Source: Octopus sinensis
Lineage: Eukaryota
NCBI RefSeq assembly: GCF_006345805.1
Contig: NC_043022.1
Location: forward strand, 12,524,001 to 12,588,000
Direction of reading: 5' to 3'
Length of the DNA stretch: 64,000 bases
How positions within the stretch are numbered: position 1 is the first letter of the stretch; every line of letters starts with the position of its first letter. The notes beneath the pieces were generated by a model, which saw only the letters and a list, made by a program, of their open reading frames with translations, did no database searches and was not told the origin of the DNA. Below are positions 1-13,414 of this stretch, one piece after another. The translations under genes were made by a program, and so were the position numbers.

Positions 1-2563
1 TTATATTATATTCACCTTTTAATTCCTTAATGTTGCATTTATTTAGTAATTGAAACTGATTGCATTGTGAAGTATGTAGGCAGTGCAAGAATCTCTTTCC
101 TTAAATTCAGATTCCGTAAACAAGACGAGGCAGCTATAGATCTAGTATTAATAAGGGTAATTAGAAAATTTAATATATTGATATTGGAAATTGTTCATTT
201 TTATATACAACGAAAAACCACTTTCATTTAGGTTTGGTATAAAACCACGCCAATTCACCATTTCTGAGACCATGCTTTAGTTCTACTTTTCTGAACTCTT
301 TTGGTCTTGACTCGCTGAGAAAAGAAAGGTCAACACTTAACATGATATTGGTTTATACATTTTAAATGTATTTTTAAAATTAATTAATATTAAGTATTGG
401 CAATCTTTCGTATTAATTACTAATACTAAAAATCATCATCATCATCATCGTTTAACGTCCGTTTTCCATGCTGGCATGAAATATTTATATTTGCTTTCGT
501 TAACGTAATAAGTTTGTAATTTATAGTAAATTCCAAGAGATAAAAGAAAATATTTTCAAGAGTATAAACTGATAAAGTGGAATACATTAGTTGGGTTGGT
601 GTCTTCATCTTGATTATTGCTTTCACTACGTTTCTGTACAACAGCCGAAATATAGTGAAAGCAACAATCAAAATGAGGACACCAGTCTTACTAATGTAAA
701 CAGTGTACATAATATAAACCCCTCATCTCAGAAATATAGAATTGTATGATTCAATCGGTACTGAGCCAACATAAGACATTAATGGAGGTTTTGTAAGCCT
801 TAAAAATTCTTTGTTACTGTCTACTGGCATAGTATAATGAAGGAAGACGTTGGTTAATGCACTGTAGTCACTTAAAGGTAACAGGCGAAGACACCAGTCC
901 AACTAATTTAAACAGTGTACTTTATATAAATTCTTAATCTCAGAAATATAGAACTATATTCACTTTTATGGTCTATGGGGTCTGTGATAAAGACAATAAT
1001 AGATGGGAGGAACCACTAAATTGGGACAAATGTAGATTCACACCTCTCATTAGCCCCCCCCCCCATTATTTGGTAGGTTTAAGTTATTTGATGAATTTTA
1101 CTATAACAAGTCTCATGTGACGGGTTTGGACATTCGGAATAGCTGTCGTTACCCCTTAGAAAGGGAAAAGGGCAAAGAATTGAGTGATTATTTCCTTCTG
1201 CGACATAATTGTTGTCCAAAGAATTAAATTCCTCTTGTTCAAAAGATTTCTTTTACATTTATGCCTCCGAGTTCTGTGTCGTTTTGGGGTTAAGTTTTGC
1301 TATTACCCTCTGGCTTCCACTCTATATTGGGACAAAGATAAACTATTGCTGATATAATAACAGTGACTAACTTAATTTCTGTCATTCATTAGATGAGAAA
1401 CTAATGGCAAAATTTGAACGTATCTTTCTTATCGTCTTTGCTCATAACCCAGAGGCGTTATTAATGAACAAATATGTTTCTGTCATCATTCTTTGCTAGA
1501 AAAGCACCCACTGACAAAATTTCAAATCTGTATGTAAAAAATTTACAAAATTACAAGCAGATATTGTGGATACTCCTCTTGAACCTGAATAGTTCAGAAT
1601 AACGTGAACAAATAAGCATTACATTTGATAGATGAAAAGGAACATTAAAGACGTTTTTAGGTGTTTTTTTATTCTTACACACATACCATGGCCTCGCTCG
1701 GTTGGGAGTACACACGTTACTTTGACATCAGCATTCCATAAAATTTGCTTATGGGGAGAAAAATATTGAAAAATATCAATAAATGTGTGAGAAAGAAATG
1801 AGGAAGGAAGTTTGAGAATGTGCTAGAAATAACAGCCACATCTCCCTTAAATCACACATTTTCCTCTCAAATTATTGACAATCTTTTTTTAAAACCGAAA
1901 ATGTTTCTCTCACGGGTTTTAAGTGCGTATTAAAGAAAAAAAAATGGCCAAATTCTTTTCGGACTGGAGTGGTGAGGGGGTGGCGGGAGTGAAACTCCAT
2001 TTTCCAGAAACTTCTCCCCTCCCAAAAATTTTGCCTACAAATTTCTTTTATAATCGTAATCTAAACCGTTTGAAAGATATTTGTATAAAATTTCATTAAA
2101 ATATACCTATTTTCCAGAAAGTTACGATTTCTGATGATGAACGATTATTATATAATGTATATAATTAAGTCATCTATTGACCTATTTTCCTTTTGTTAAG
2201 ATGATATATTGTAATAAATGTGTTCAAGTTTCTAAGAGTTACAACAGTGACGAAGAAATAACAGATAAACTGTTTGTAGAAACTTTTCACGTGATTAATT
2301 CATCAACGATAGACTCATTTAGTATTTGAAACTGATAGCATTATAAATAATGTAGGCAGTGCTCGAATATTTTCCCCCACAAAACTCAGATTCATTATGG
2401 GGTAGCTTGTGAAACTAGTTTTAACAAGAGTAATTACAAAGTTATACGTATATAAGAAATCAATATTGGAATTTTTCTCTTTATGTGCAATGAAATAAAA
2501 AAAAAATTTCAGTCGTTTTGGTTTGGTATAAAACTTCGCCAATTCATTTTCTGAGTTCATATT

Positions 2564-2710
2564 TGAGGTCGACTTTGCCTTTTATCCTTTCGAGGTCGAT
2601 AAAGAAAAGTACCAGTTTCGCACTGGGGTCTATGTAATCGACTTAATCCCTTTGTCTGTCTTTGTTTATCCCCTCTATGTTTAGCCCCTTGTGGGCAATA
2701 CAGAAATACA
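2564..2710 (+). mobile_element. SINE core fragment (GAGGTCGACTTTGCCTTT..ATCCTTTCG family)
   Basis: Near-identical to 3254-3400. The core resembles Deu/Nin-type SINE cores (recalled, not searched). Confidence 0.6.
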
Positions 2711-3224
2711 TATTTTAGTTCTACCTTTGTGGATTCTTTTGGCTTTGATACCTTGAAAAAGAAACACGGTTGTTGATATTATATTGATTAAAAAAAAAGA
2801 TATTGTAATTGGATATAATTTAATAATCATAGGGATGGGAAGCGCACCGACTTAATAACCCTCTTCCCATAGCAGAGAGGCAGGGTTTCAATCTGAGAAG
2901 CAACGTGCTGCGACACGTACTCGGCTTCAACCTTGTTGCGTCGGCTCGGTGATTTGATCTTTTAGAATTTTAATATTTCTTTCTTCCTTCTTGTAATAAT
3001 ATGTTGTTAATAAAATGGGATTTGTACCTTCCTTTTGGGGGTACAAAAGGAAGTCTTGCCTGAATGAACCCCAGTCCTTTTTTTAAAAGCCAAGTTCTTT
3101 ATCGGTCGTTTTTTTTTTTTTGTCGGACAGTTTAATGGCGAAGATGTATAAACACACCAACGCAGGTGAGGGACAAATACAGGCATAAACACACACACAT
3201 ACGACAGGCTTCTATTAGTTTACT

Positions 3225-3400
3225 GCCGTTATGTTGTGAGTTCAAATTCCGCCGAGGTCGACTTTGCCTTTCATCCTTTCGGGGTCGATAAATTAAGTAC
3301 CAATTACGCACTGGGGTCGATGCAATCGACTTAATCCCTTTGTCTGTCCTTATTTGTCCTCTCTGTGTTTAGCCCCATGTGGGCAATAAAGAAAAAAGTA
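3225..3400 (+). mobile_element. SINE (B-box-like GAGTTCAAATTCC plus core) nested in a minus-strand fragment of the tRNA-SINE family seen at 5537
   Basis: Flanks ~3120-3220 and ~3410-3500 are reverse-complement pieces of the 5537-5918 SINE (CCAAATCCACTCACAAAGCTTTGG, CCCGGAACCATGTGGTTGG). Confidence 0.55.
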
Positions 3401-4522
3401 AATATATTAGTTTCTGTTTACCAAATCCACTCACAAAGCTTTGGTTGGCCCAAGTAAATAGTAGAAGAACCCGGAACCATGTGGTTGGGAAGCAAACTAT
3501 TTAATACATATTTAATATGACTTATTCGTTTATTACTTAATTTATGTATGCAATTTCCTCCGTTTAGCGTAATTAGCAAATTCCCGGAGATAAACAGGGC
3601 AAAGGTGTAGAATATGCACACCATTCGTTTTCGGGTTAGGGTTATAGTTAGGATTACGCCAAAGACAGGTGCTGTGTGTATTCTTTACCGCAGCCATTTT
3701 TTTTTTTTTAATTACTCTAAAGCAAAAGTATGATTTATGAAAATTTTTTTCTCTTTGAAAGTCCTCTCCCCATCCGCCCCGAAAAGATTTCCCCCACAAA
3801 TTTCTTTAATAATCGTAATCTATGAATCGACTGAAAATCTACTCATGTGGTGCCAAAAAGGGCTGTTTAATTCATTTGAGGCAAAAAAATTTCGAAAAAA
3901 ATTTAAAATTGGGGGCGGGGAATTTTGAAAACTTTTATTTATTTATTTTTTTCGCATGTTCGAAATCTCCGACATATAAAACGTAGGAATCCGAAGATTC
4001 TTTTTTTTTCTTTTTTAAAAATGCAATTTTCAAGGTGAGGTGCGAAATTGCAGTAGCTCCTTAAAAGGTTTTAAAAAAGAAAGAAATTAAATGAAAATTT
4101 TCAATTTTTTCTTCTTATAATAATGTTACGAACTGTTAAGTTTAGTCGCTATCCCAGCATGCATCTCTTTATCGTCTGCTTTTTCTACATTACGAGGCGG
4201 ACATCCTTCAGGTAAGAAGTTCTTAAAGCGGAGAGTGAAAAAAAATTGAGAGAATGAGTGTTTCTTGTTTAAATTATTCATTAATAAAGACTCGCAAATG
4301 TTTTATTGTTCAATGTATATATTATTGTGTATTATATATAATCTTAATATTTACTCTAGATTAAGTCGTCCAAATTTGAAACGGCTACAAAATTATTTCT
4401 TCGAAGAAAAATCAACAAAGGAATTGTTGAGCCGGCCTTTTATATTGTATTTACTTTCTAGTAAATATGATTGATAGATACGTTCTGTATTTGAATTTGA
4501 TAGCATTATTAAGTATCTAAGT

Positions 4523-4723
4523 CAGTGCTTTTCAAACTTTTTGCTGGCGCGGAACCCCAAGGAAACATTCCACTGGCTCGGGGAACCCCTGTGCAACAAT
4601 TTAATAGTCTTATGCATACATATCTGCACAGGAGAATTAAAAATTGCTGCCGATTTTAGCAGTTTTTTAACTTCTTGCGGAAACCCTGGACTGTACTGGC
4701 GGAACCCTGGTTGAAAACCACTG
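4523..4723. mobile_element. hAT (Charlie-like) MITE, 201 bp
   Basis: TIRs CAGTGCTTTTCAA / TTGAAAACCACTG (12 of 13 match). Perfect 8-bp TSD ATCTAAGT at 4515-4522 and 4724-4731, with central TA. Confidence 0.9.
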
Positions 4724-5536
4724 ATCTAAGTGGTACATGAATCTTTATCCAAACTCAGATATCCGAACAAGACCTCAGTGTTGGAGAATGTCCTCCCAGG
4801 AAATTCCCGATTCGCCGCTAGCAGCAGAGGTGGAACTTGGTCAAGTACTCGTCCCACAGTCGTAGAGTTTATAAGAATAATTTGAATCCTAACCACCGGG
4901 TGTGCGTATTCTTTACTTTCGCCAATCTCGGAAATTGTGCAGTTTATTCTTTGCAAGCCCAGTACTTATTCTATCGGTGTCTGGAAAAGACTTCCGACCG
5001 TGCCCCCCCCCCCAAAAAAAACACCCTTTAAAATAAATATTTTTTTCGACACAACACCCCACTTTTCGGCTACGGGGAATACGAATCTGCTAAAAGAAAA
5101 AAAAAAAAAAGGGGCAAAAATGGACATTTCTAAATTACAAACCCATTTCCTTCATTTTTCACTTTTCTTCAGAATTTTTTTTTTTCTCCAAAATATGCGG
5201 AAAAATACGGAGATTGTGATTCTGAAAAAAAATTTCCAAAAATCTTTGTAAAAGTCTTTTTAAAGAATTTTTTTTTCTAAGTTGCTATCCCAGCATGCAT
5301 CTCTCTCTGTCGTCTGCTTTTTTTACATTACGAGGCGGCATCGTTCAGGTAAGAAGTTCTTAAAGCGGAGAGTGAAAAAAATTGTGAGAATGACTGTTTC
5401 TTGTTTAAATTATTCATTAATAAAGACTCGCAAATGTTTTATTGTTCAATGTATATATTATTGTATATTATATATAATCTTAATATTTACTCTAGATTAA
5501 GTCGTCCAAATTTGAAACAGCTACAATATGTCGAAG

Positions 5537-5918
5537 AGAGTGGCTGTGTGGTAAGTAGCTTGTTTACCAACCACATGGTTCCGGGTTCAGTCCCACTGCG
5601 TGGCACCTTGGGCAAGTGTCTTCTACTATAGCCTCGGCCTGACCAAAGCCTTGTGAGTGGATTTGGTAGACGGAAACTGAAAAGAAGCCCGTCGTATATA
5701 TGTATATATGTGTCTGTGTTTGTCCCCCTAGCATTGCTTGACAACCGATGCTGGTGTGTTTACGTCCCCGTTACTTTGCGGTTTGGCAAAAGAGACTGAT
5801 AGAATAAGTACTGGGCTTACAAAAAGAATAAGTCCCGGGGTCGAGTTGCTCGATTAAAGGCGGTGCTCCAGCATGGCCGCAGTCAAATGACTGAAACAAG
5901 TAAAAGAGTAAAGAGTAA
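5537..5918 (+). mobile_element. Full-length tRNA-derived SINE
   Basis: A-box-like TGGCTGTGTGG, B-box-like GGTTCAGTCCC, internal (TA/TG) run and 3' (AAAGAGT)n tail. It interrupts a copy of the old unit; compare the empty site near 4400. Confidence 0.85.
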
Positions 5919-7422
5919 ACGAATTGTAGAAAGTTGAGCCAACCTTTTATGTTGTATTTACTTTTTAGTAAATATGAATGATAGATTCGTTTTCTATAGC
6001 ATTATAAAGTTATAAGCAGTTTCTGAGACCATGTTTTAGTCTTGGCTATTATGAATTCTTTTAGCCTTGACACAATGAGAAACATACTGTTGTTAGCATT
6101 ATATTAATTTTTTTTAATTGTTAATTGATGTTATAATTTATGTGTATTTTTTTATATTAGTTAAGCTATTACTTTTAAATGCTTTCGTTAGCGTAGACTA
6201 TTTTGTTCAGATTATATTCCAGAAGTTAAGAGAAAGTTTAAAGTGTGTAAATTGATAAAGCATAAAATATATTTCTGGTCGTGTCCATTATAAAGACAAT
6301 AATTGATGGAAGGAATCCCCATATTTCAGGCTTTGGGTCTAAGCCAGAGGCAATCATTATTTGGTATATTAAATCAATTGATAAATTTTTACTGTTACAC
6401 CAGACTTGGTTGAGTTTTGGAATAGCTATAATTATCTGACGAAGAAGGAAAAGGGCAACGAATTATTCGCCAGTTTTAGACTTGAGTTTATTTTATAAAA
6501 TTAAATTAGAAAATTGGACAAAACAGAACACACAAAAAAAAAATTAAAAAGTAAACAAAGCAATTCACCACCTTCGGTTGAAAAGTTGGGGGCGCTGGGA
6601 AACTTTTCTATATTGAGACACGCGAGGGTGATGTGCTGGAACAGCCAAGTGCTCTCACGAGCCTCTCGTAACAGAACTTTTAATAAAGAAAATATTTTGT
6701 TTCTTCCGTATTTATACCTCTCAATTCTGTGTCTCTTTCCCAGGTAAATACACTCGTTCTGACTTTTCTTTCGTTAGCTTTCTATCTATGTCGGGACGAA
6801 GATGAACTACAGGCAGATAACCGTCACTAATTCTAATTTCTAATTAGTAGATGGGGAACTAACTGCAGGGTTTAGTCTTGGGGTTTCTTATCGCATTTTC
6901 TCAAGACCAGAGGACAAATGAACAAATTTGTTTGTCTTCTCTCGTGGAATTAGTTAGTGAAAGCCTTGTTGGGCCAATTTATCAAGATCACACATCATCT
7001 ACTCAAGCTATATTTGTTTTGCAATGTAGTTATAGAAATACTTCGTAGATTTTCTATTCCTCATATTTTTCTCTTTTATTTTAATTTTTATTTTCATTAA
7101 GACATTATATGTATTAAAGTTTGGTAGTATTATGTTAAGCGTAACATAAAAAACATTTAACATGCGAACATATTAATATCTTATAACACCGAATCATTGG
7201 TTAAATAAGTAATATAAATAAAAACGTTATTTGAAAGAAATTATTGTGCAATATAATTAAAATGAATGGGAAATTTCAAAAAATTTTTTATTAATAATGT
7301 TATGAATATGTAAGTTTAGTCGATCCCAGCATTCCTTTGTGTATTGTCTGCTTTTTAAAATTTTTTTTACATCTGTAAGGGGCACTGGCTGACATGCTTC
7401 AAGTAAAGTAATTTGTATATCA

Positions 7423-7605
7423 CATGGCACTCCGTCGGTTACGACGAAGAGGGTTCCAGTTGATCCAATCAACGGAACAGCCCGCTCGTGAAATCAACGT
7501 GTAAGTGGCTGAGCACTCCACAAACACGTGTACCCTTTGAAATAGAGGTACAGCAAAAACAAGAAGAAAGAGTGAGAGAAAGTTGTGGTGAAAGAGAACA
7601 GTAAG
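7423..7605 (-). mobile_element. 3' fragment of a second tRNA-SINE family
   Basis: Reverse complement matches the 3' half of 51832-52201 (GTGGAGTGCTCAGCCACTT...GTAACCGACGGAGTGC). Confidence 0.75.
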
Positions 7606-7965
7606 GTGTGTGTGTGCATATATATGTATATGTCTGTGTATACATGTATGTATATGTGTGTGTGTGTGTATATATTTATGTGTGTATACGTGTGTGTGTT
7701 AGGCCACCCCAATGTTTTAGGGTTCTGCTATCTCAATGTTAATGAAACTTGTGTGCATAGTAGATTATGGTACATTTCGCAAGATGCATTAGTTTTAATA
7801 TATGGTTGACACACCTTTAGCATCAATCACTGCTTTTATACTATACCGTACTTTATGCAACCAATTATGAGTTGGACCAACGTCCAAAATTAACTTATGT
7901 TCCCTGATTATTTCAGAGTTTTATGCTAAACTACATTGTGGATACAGCTAATAAACAGTAAAATT

Positions 7966-8187
7966 ACTAAAACAAGGGAGTTGAGTGAATGTGAGTGAGG
8001 TCAAATCATAGCTCATCATGAAAATGGAATGCCTCAAAGGCAAATTGCTCAGAAGATCAAATGTTCTCAATGTGCAGTGCAAACGACTCTCAAGCACTTC
8101 AGAGAGACAAAAGATGTGAAGACAATACAAAGAACAGGCAGAAAAAAGGTTACATCACCTCATGATGATAGATTTATCATCCGTCAC
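7966..8187 (+). pseudogene. Tc1/mariner transposase relic, N-terminal HTH region
   Basis: Reads [72 protein letters not shown], matching the Tc1-type HTH plus GRPR-like linker. The stop at 7996-7998 is TGA, likely from CGA. Confidence 0.8.
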
Positions 8188-8214
8188 ATATATATGTGTA
8201 TATGTATATATATG

Positions 8215-8245
<31 letters not shown>

Positions 8246-9034
8246 GTATATATATATATATATATATATGTATATGTATGTATATATATGTATGTGTATA
8301 TATATATATGTGTATATGTATGTATATATATATATGTGTATATGTATGTATATATATGTATGTGTATATATATATGTGTATATGTATGTATATATATGTA
8401 TGTGTATATATATATATATGTGTATATGTATGTATATATATGTATGTGTATATATATATATGTATGTGTATATATATATGTGTGTGTATGTATATATGTG
8501 TGTGTATGTATATATATGTGTATATGTATATATGTGCATATGTATTTCGTTTTGGGATTTTGTTTGCAAGTTTCTTTATATATATGTAGCATATATATGT
8601 ATATATATGTCTATATGTATATATAAAGGTGTGTATATATATGTGTGTGTGTATATATATGTATATGTGTGTATATATATGTGTGTGTATGTATATGTGT
8701 ATATATATATATATATATGTGTGTATGTATATGTGTATATATATATGCGCATGTGTTTATATATATATGTCTATATGTGTGTGTGTTTATATATATGTCT
8801 GTGTGTGTGTATATATATGTATATATGTGTGTATATATATATGCATATATGTGTGTATATATATATATATAGTGTGTATATATATATATATTATATGTGT
8901 GTGTATATATATATTGTGTGTGTGTATATGTATATATATGTGTGTGTGTATATGTATATATATATGTGTATGTATATATATATGTATATATGTCTATATG
9001 TGTATATATATATTTGTGTGTGTATATATATATG

Positions 9035-9065
<31 letters not shown>

Positions 9066-9883
9066 GTATATATATATATATTATGTGTATATGTATATAT
9101 ATATATGTATATGTATGTATATATATATATGTGTATATGTATGTATATATATGTATGTGTATATATATATGTGTATATGTATGTATATATATGTATGTGT
9201 ATATATATATATGTGTATATGTATGTATATATATGTATGTGTATATATATATATGTATGTGTATATATATATGTATGTGTATATATATATGTGTGTGTAT
9301 GTATATATGTGTGTGTATGTATATATATGTGTATATGTATATATGTGCATATGTATTTCGTTTTGGGATTTTGTTTGCAAGTTTCTTTATATATATGTAG
9401 CATATATATGTATATATATGTCTATATGTATATATAAAGGTGTGTATATATATGTGTGTGTGTATATATATGTATATGTGTGTATATATATGTGTGTGTA
9501 TGTATGTGTATATATATATATATATATGTGTGTGTATGTATATGTGTATATATATATGCGCATGTGTTTATATATATATGTCTATATGTGTGTGTGTTTA
9601 TATATATGTATATATGTGTGTATATATATATGCATATATGTGTGTATATATATATGTGTGTGTATATATATATATGGTGTGTATATATATATATATATAT
9701 GTGTGTATATATATATATATGTGTGTGTGTATATGTATATATATATGTGTGTGTGTATATGTATATATATATGTGTATGTATATATATATGTATATATGT
9801 CTATATGTGTATATATATATTTGTGTGTGTATATATATATGTATATATGTGTGTGTATATATATATATGTATATATGTGTGTG

Positions 9884-9914
<31 letters not shown>

Positions 9915-9921
9915 ATATATG
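8188..9921. repeat. Compound (TA)n/(TG)n microsatellite, ~1.7 kb, with an 811-bp internal tandem duplication
   Basis: Unique anchor TGTATTTCGTTTTGGGATTTTGTTTGCAAGTTTC at 8541 and 9352. Confidence 0.95.
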
Positions 9922-10604
9922 TCTCACATGACCGAAACAAGTGAAACAGTAAAAAATCTATGCCATTTTAATCCCCATCATAGCTTCATATATCTCTGCT
10001 AGTAATTTCTTAAACCAGGGGGTAAAAGTGTGTGTACAAATAAATACTCTTTGTTTGATTATTCATTAGATCACACATCACTCTAATATTTCCTCCATGT
10101 TGTTATTCTTACCCTAAGATGATATATTGTAATAAATATGTCCATATTTCTATGAGTTACAAAACCAAGTCAAAGAAATAAGAAACAAATTAACTATTTG
10201 TAGAAACTTGAGCCAGCAGTTTATATTATATTCTCTTTTTAATTTATGAATGCAACATTTACTTAGTATTTGAAAGTGATAGCATTATAGAATATGTAAG
10301 CAGTGTGAGAATCTTTTTCCCCAAATACAGAAACCTAGACAAAATGGGTGCAGCTGTATATCTAGTTTTAATAAGAGAAATTAAAATTAAATTAAATATC
10401 TAACATATATCAGAAATCAATCTTGGAAATTTATTAGTTTGCGTACAATTATTAAAAAAAAAAATTGGGGTTTGGTATAAAAACCTTGCCAATTTACCAT
10501 TTCTGAGGTCATGTTTTAGTTCTATTTCTATGGATTCTTGTAGCCTCAATGCATTGAGAAACGAACAAGATGTTAAAATCATATTGCTTTTTTAATTGTT
10601 GGGC

Positions 10605-10644
<40 letters not shown>

Positions 10645-13023
10645 CATACACACACAATAAACACAACTAAGTTATATATTATAAAGATTATTTTTCCATA
10701 TTTTCTAATTCTTTGCAGAGGTAATTTTGTGTTTGAAGGAAAAGCTGCTTGTCACACACCCACACAGTTTAAATACACAAAAAGACACAGCTTGAAGCAA
10801 TGACTATAAAATCTCAATATCCGCGCACACACACATAATGTACTTTTTAAGTCAGTTCTAATTTGTCAACGTTATCCAATGGAATTTTTTGGAAATCAAA
10901 AATTTTAATTATTGCCCCGCCCATCAAAAAAAAAAAATAGCATACTTTCTGAAAACTACTGTAATTCACTTTGTGTAACCTAATCTGGTATCCTTGTTGG
11001 TGAATCAAACTTGAAAACTCGTATTCCAAACCATAGTGGTTCATATTTTTTTTAAAAATTGACCAAATCCTGCTGAGGACAACTTTCCCTTTTGTCCCTT
11101 TTAGATTTGATAAAAAAAAGCAAATAAAATAAGCAGCAATCTAAGGCAATAGATGGGTGGAACAGTATGTATGTCAGGCCAGATACCATGCAGTTTTTAA
11201 GGTTTCTTTTCATTTTCATTTTGAGTGGTTGAGCAAGCCTGTCACCCAATTTAATACCACCACTTGGCACCTTGGGTACTTTTAGCTGCATCTGTTCCGG
11301 GCCAGGTCTCCACTTTGAAGACACCTCCTTTTGTCTCTCCTACTTGTCTCAGAAGCCTTGTAAAAAGGTCATGAGATCTGTTGTTCTCTTTGACTAAAAG
11401 ATACAACAATAAAAAAAAAAAACTGAACAATTCATCTGTTAATTGAATGTCACTAATCAATGACCATTATTCATTAAATTGCTTTTATTCAATTTAAGCG
11501 TTTTAACACATTTCTAGTGACAATTTTCAGGGAATGATAAAAAATTTTCTTTTTTTTTTCTCTTTTAAAGAATTCACAGAAATGCTGGCTTCAAAGAATT
11601 TTCCATGTAAAATTTCGAAACCAAAGTGAAGAATGGCCATCATCAGCTAAGTGTAGTATTTTTGTTTGGTTGAGTAAAGTTTTTCAATAAAATTGTATTT
11701 AAAGTGAAATTGCATCTACAAATTAACGGATCAATATATTTCATTAGTGTAAAGTGAAAATTTAATGGAAATACATCCAACAGCAGTAAATCAACTATGG
11801 AGCCTCTTCATAGTTGATCGTTCTGCTAGAAAAAGCAACCAAATTGCTCTATAATCACATTGTTTTGAAAAGTGACAGAGCCTCTTTGTGATCATTCAAT
11901 TGGCTAGAAATAATGGTTAAATCACTCAAAACTCACCTGTACTAAGGTGAAAAAGGAGGGCTACATTGTTTAATTTAATTCTATATACACTATTCCTAAG
12001 GAAACGATAAGGGTAACCCACAGCCAAGGGCCATGAGACCACTGTATCAGAGTTTAGCTGGTATTAAACAGTAACAAAGAAGGGGATATCATATCCTGTA
12101 GTCAGAGATGTTCTCTCTCAGTAAAGAATGAGATGATTGTGGTTAGAAAAACTTTTGATCACAGGTCTGCTTGATCTGAACCGAGCTGGAACTAAACAAT
12201 ACTAACTTTAATAAAATATGATAGAATGACAGCTTAACTGTGTGGACGAGACACTTGATGAATCTCACTATAAAAGAAACTTTACCTGGCCCCACCATAT
12301 CAACTACACTTTGACAGATGTAGAGGAAAAATGGTGAGTTCATTTCTCAGACATTGATACCAGCTAATCCCAAGCATGACGTCTTCAACAACACATGACC
12401 TGGCTAAATAATGGTGCAAGCAATTTATATAATGCAGGTACCATGATAAAATGCACTCAATACATTGACTGGTGATACAAAGGGCATCTAGCTATAGAAA
12501 CCATGCTCAAAATGGAAAGTCTCTTTAGGTGAGCAGTATCTCTGAATAAGAGCTGACTCACTCTGTGACAATTCAATCCATGCTATTATGGAATTGGAGA
12601 TATGAAATGATGATGAAAGCAGTTTAATCTAATTAGGTTATCTGATATCAGTTTATATAATTTAATTTTACCAATTCATTCTAGAGTTGTTTTGACATCA
12701 AAAATGTTTATTAGAAAATTTATTCCCTCCAATATCCAGCTTATATTTTGTTCATAGAAATTGATTTAAAATATCATTTGTCTTTAAAAGGGTGGTGGTT
12801 TGGCTGAATCATTAGAACATTATCCAAAATGCCTTGCAGTATTCTGGCGGTGTTGATAAAGAACCTGTGTAGTACTGGGATCAGTGGTATTGACTTAACT
12901 CCACCCATCAAAATTGCTGACCTTGTACATAAATTAGCTGCAACTGTTACTAGCAGAAAAAGGCCTACTGAGTATTTTTCTGCTTATCATTATGATGGGG
13001 ATATACATTACATATATAAAATA

Positions 13024-13414
13024 CTAGCAGTATCGCCCAGCGTTGCTCGGGTTTGTTTCAACCCTTTAGAATTGGAATTTTTGAAAAGTAAAAATTTTGC
13101 ATTATGTAGCTTGTTATTCTCTTTAAGTGAACATTTCTCTGGTTGAAATACACCGAAAAATGGCGACACAGCAGTAAAAAATTGTAAAAAATAGGGATTT
13201 TCATAGAAAAAAAGCACCTTTTTGATGTAAGTAATTTTTGGTGTTAACATGGTCTGATTTGAATTTTTTCTTCTACAGAAGGAAGAGCAAACCTTCTTCT
13301 ATCATACTCTCAATTTTGGTCAACTTGCGCCGCAGGGTCTCAGAGGAGATAGTGTTAGTTAAAGGCTACCAAACCTGCCATACACAGACAACTTCAGCTT
13401 TATATATAGAGAGA
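13024..13414 (-). mobile_element. Complete non-autonomous Helitron
   Basis: The minus strand reads A|TCTCTCTATATATAAAGC...CCCGAGCAACGCTGGGCGATACTGCTAG|T: 5' TC, 3' CTAG, GC-rich subterminal motif, inserted between A and T. The 3' end matches those at 48101 and 49147. Confidence 0.85.

Larger units (their letters stand above)
1..10600. repeat. Old, degenerate multi-copy unit (several diverged partial copies of a ~2 kb unit, broken by later insertions)
   Basis: Shared anchors: TTAGTA(A/T)TTGAAA(C/G)TGAT(T/A)GCATT at ~42, ~2319, ~10263; TTTCTGAG(AC/GT)CATG at 261, 6020, 10500; TAAAGACAATAAT(A/T)GATGG at 988 and 6291; TAAGATGATATATTGTAATAAAT at 2197 and ~10115; GCTATCCCAGCATGCATCT at 4148 and 5284. 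Origin unknown. Confidence 0.7.

Noticed and set aside
1687-1747. Minus-strand 61-nt segment with a good acceptor and GTATGT donor (QILWNADVKVTCVLPTERGH)
   Set aside because: It has no similarity to the expected next M13 exon, would shift phase, and is probably a chance splice-like pattern.
3636-3655. GGGTTAGGGTTATAGTTAGG as an interstitial telomere
   Set aside because: Only about three imperfect units, lying inside a repeat element.
5537-5620. tRNA gene (also at 51832)
   Set aside because: Only A/B-box-like heads are present, with no cloverleaf, and they continue into SINE bodies.
10847-11460. Minus-strand ORFs (YGLEYEFSSL..., QLKVPKVPSGG...) as further peptidase exons
   Set aside because: No M13 motifs and no convincing acceptor/donor pair.
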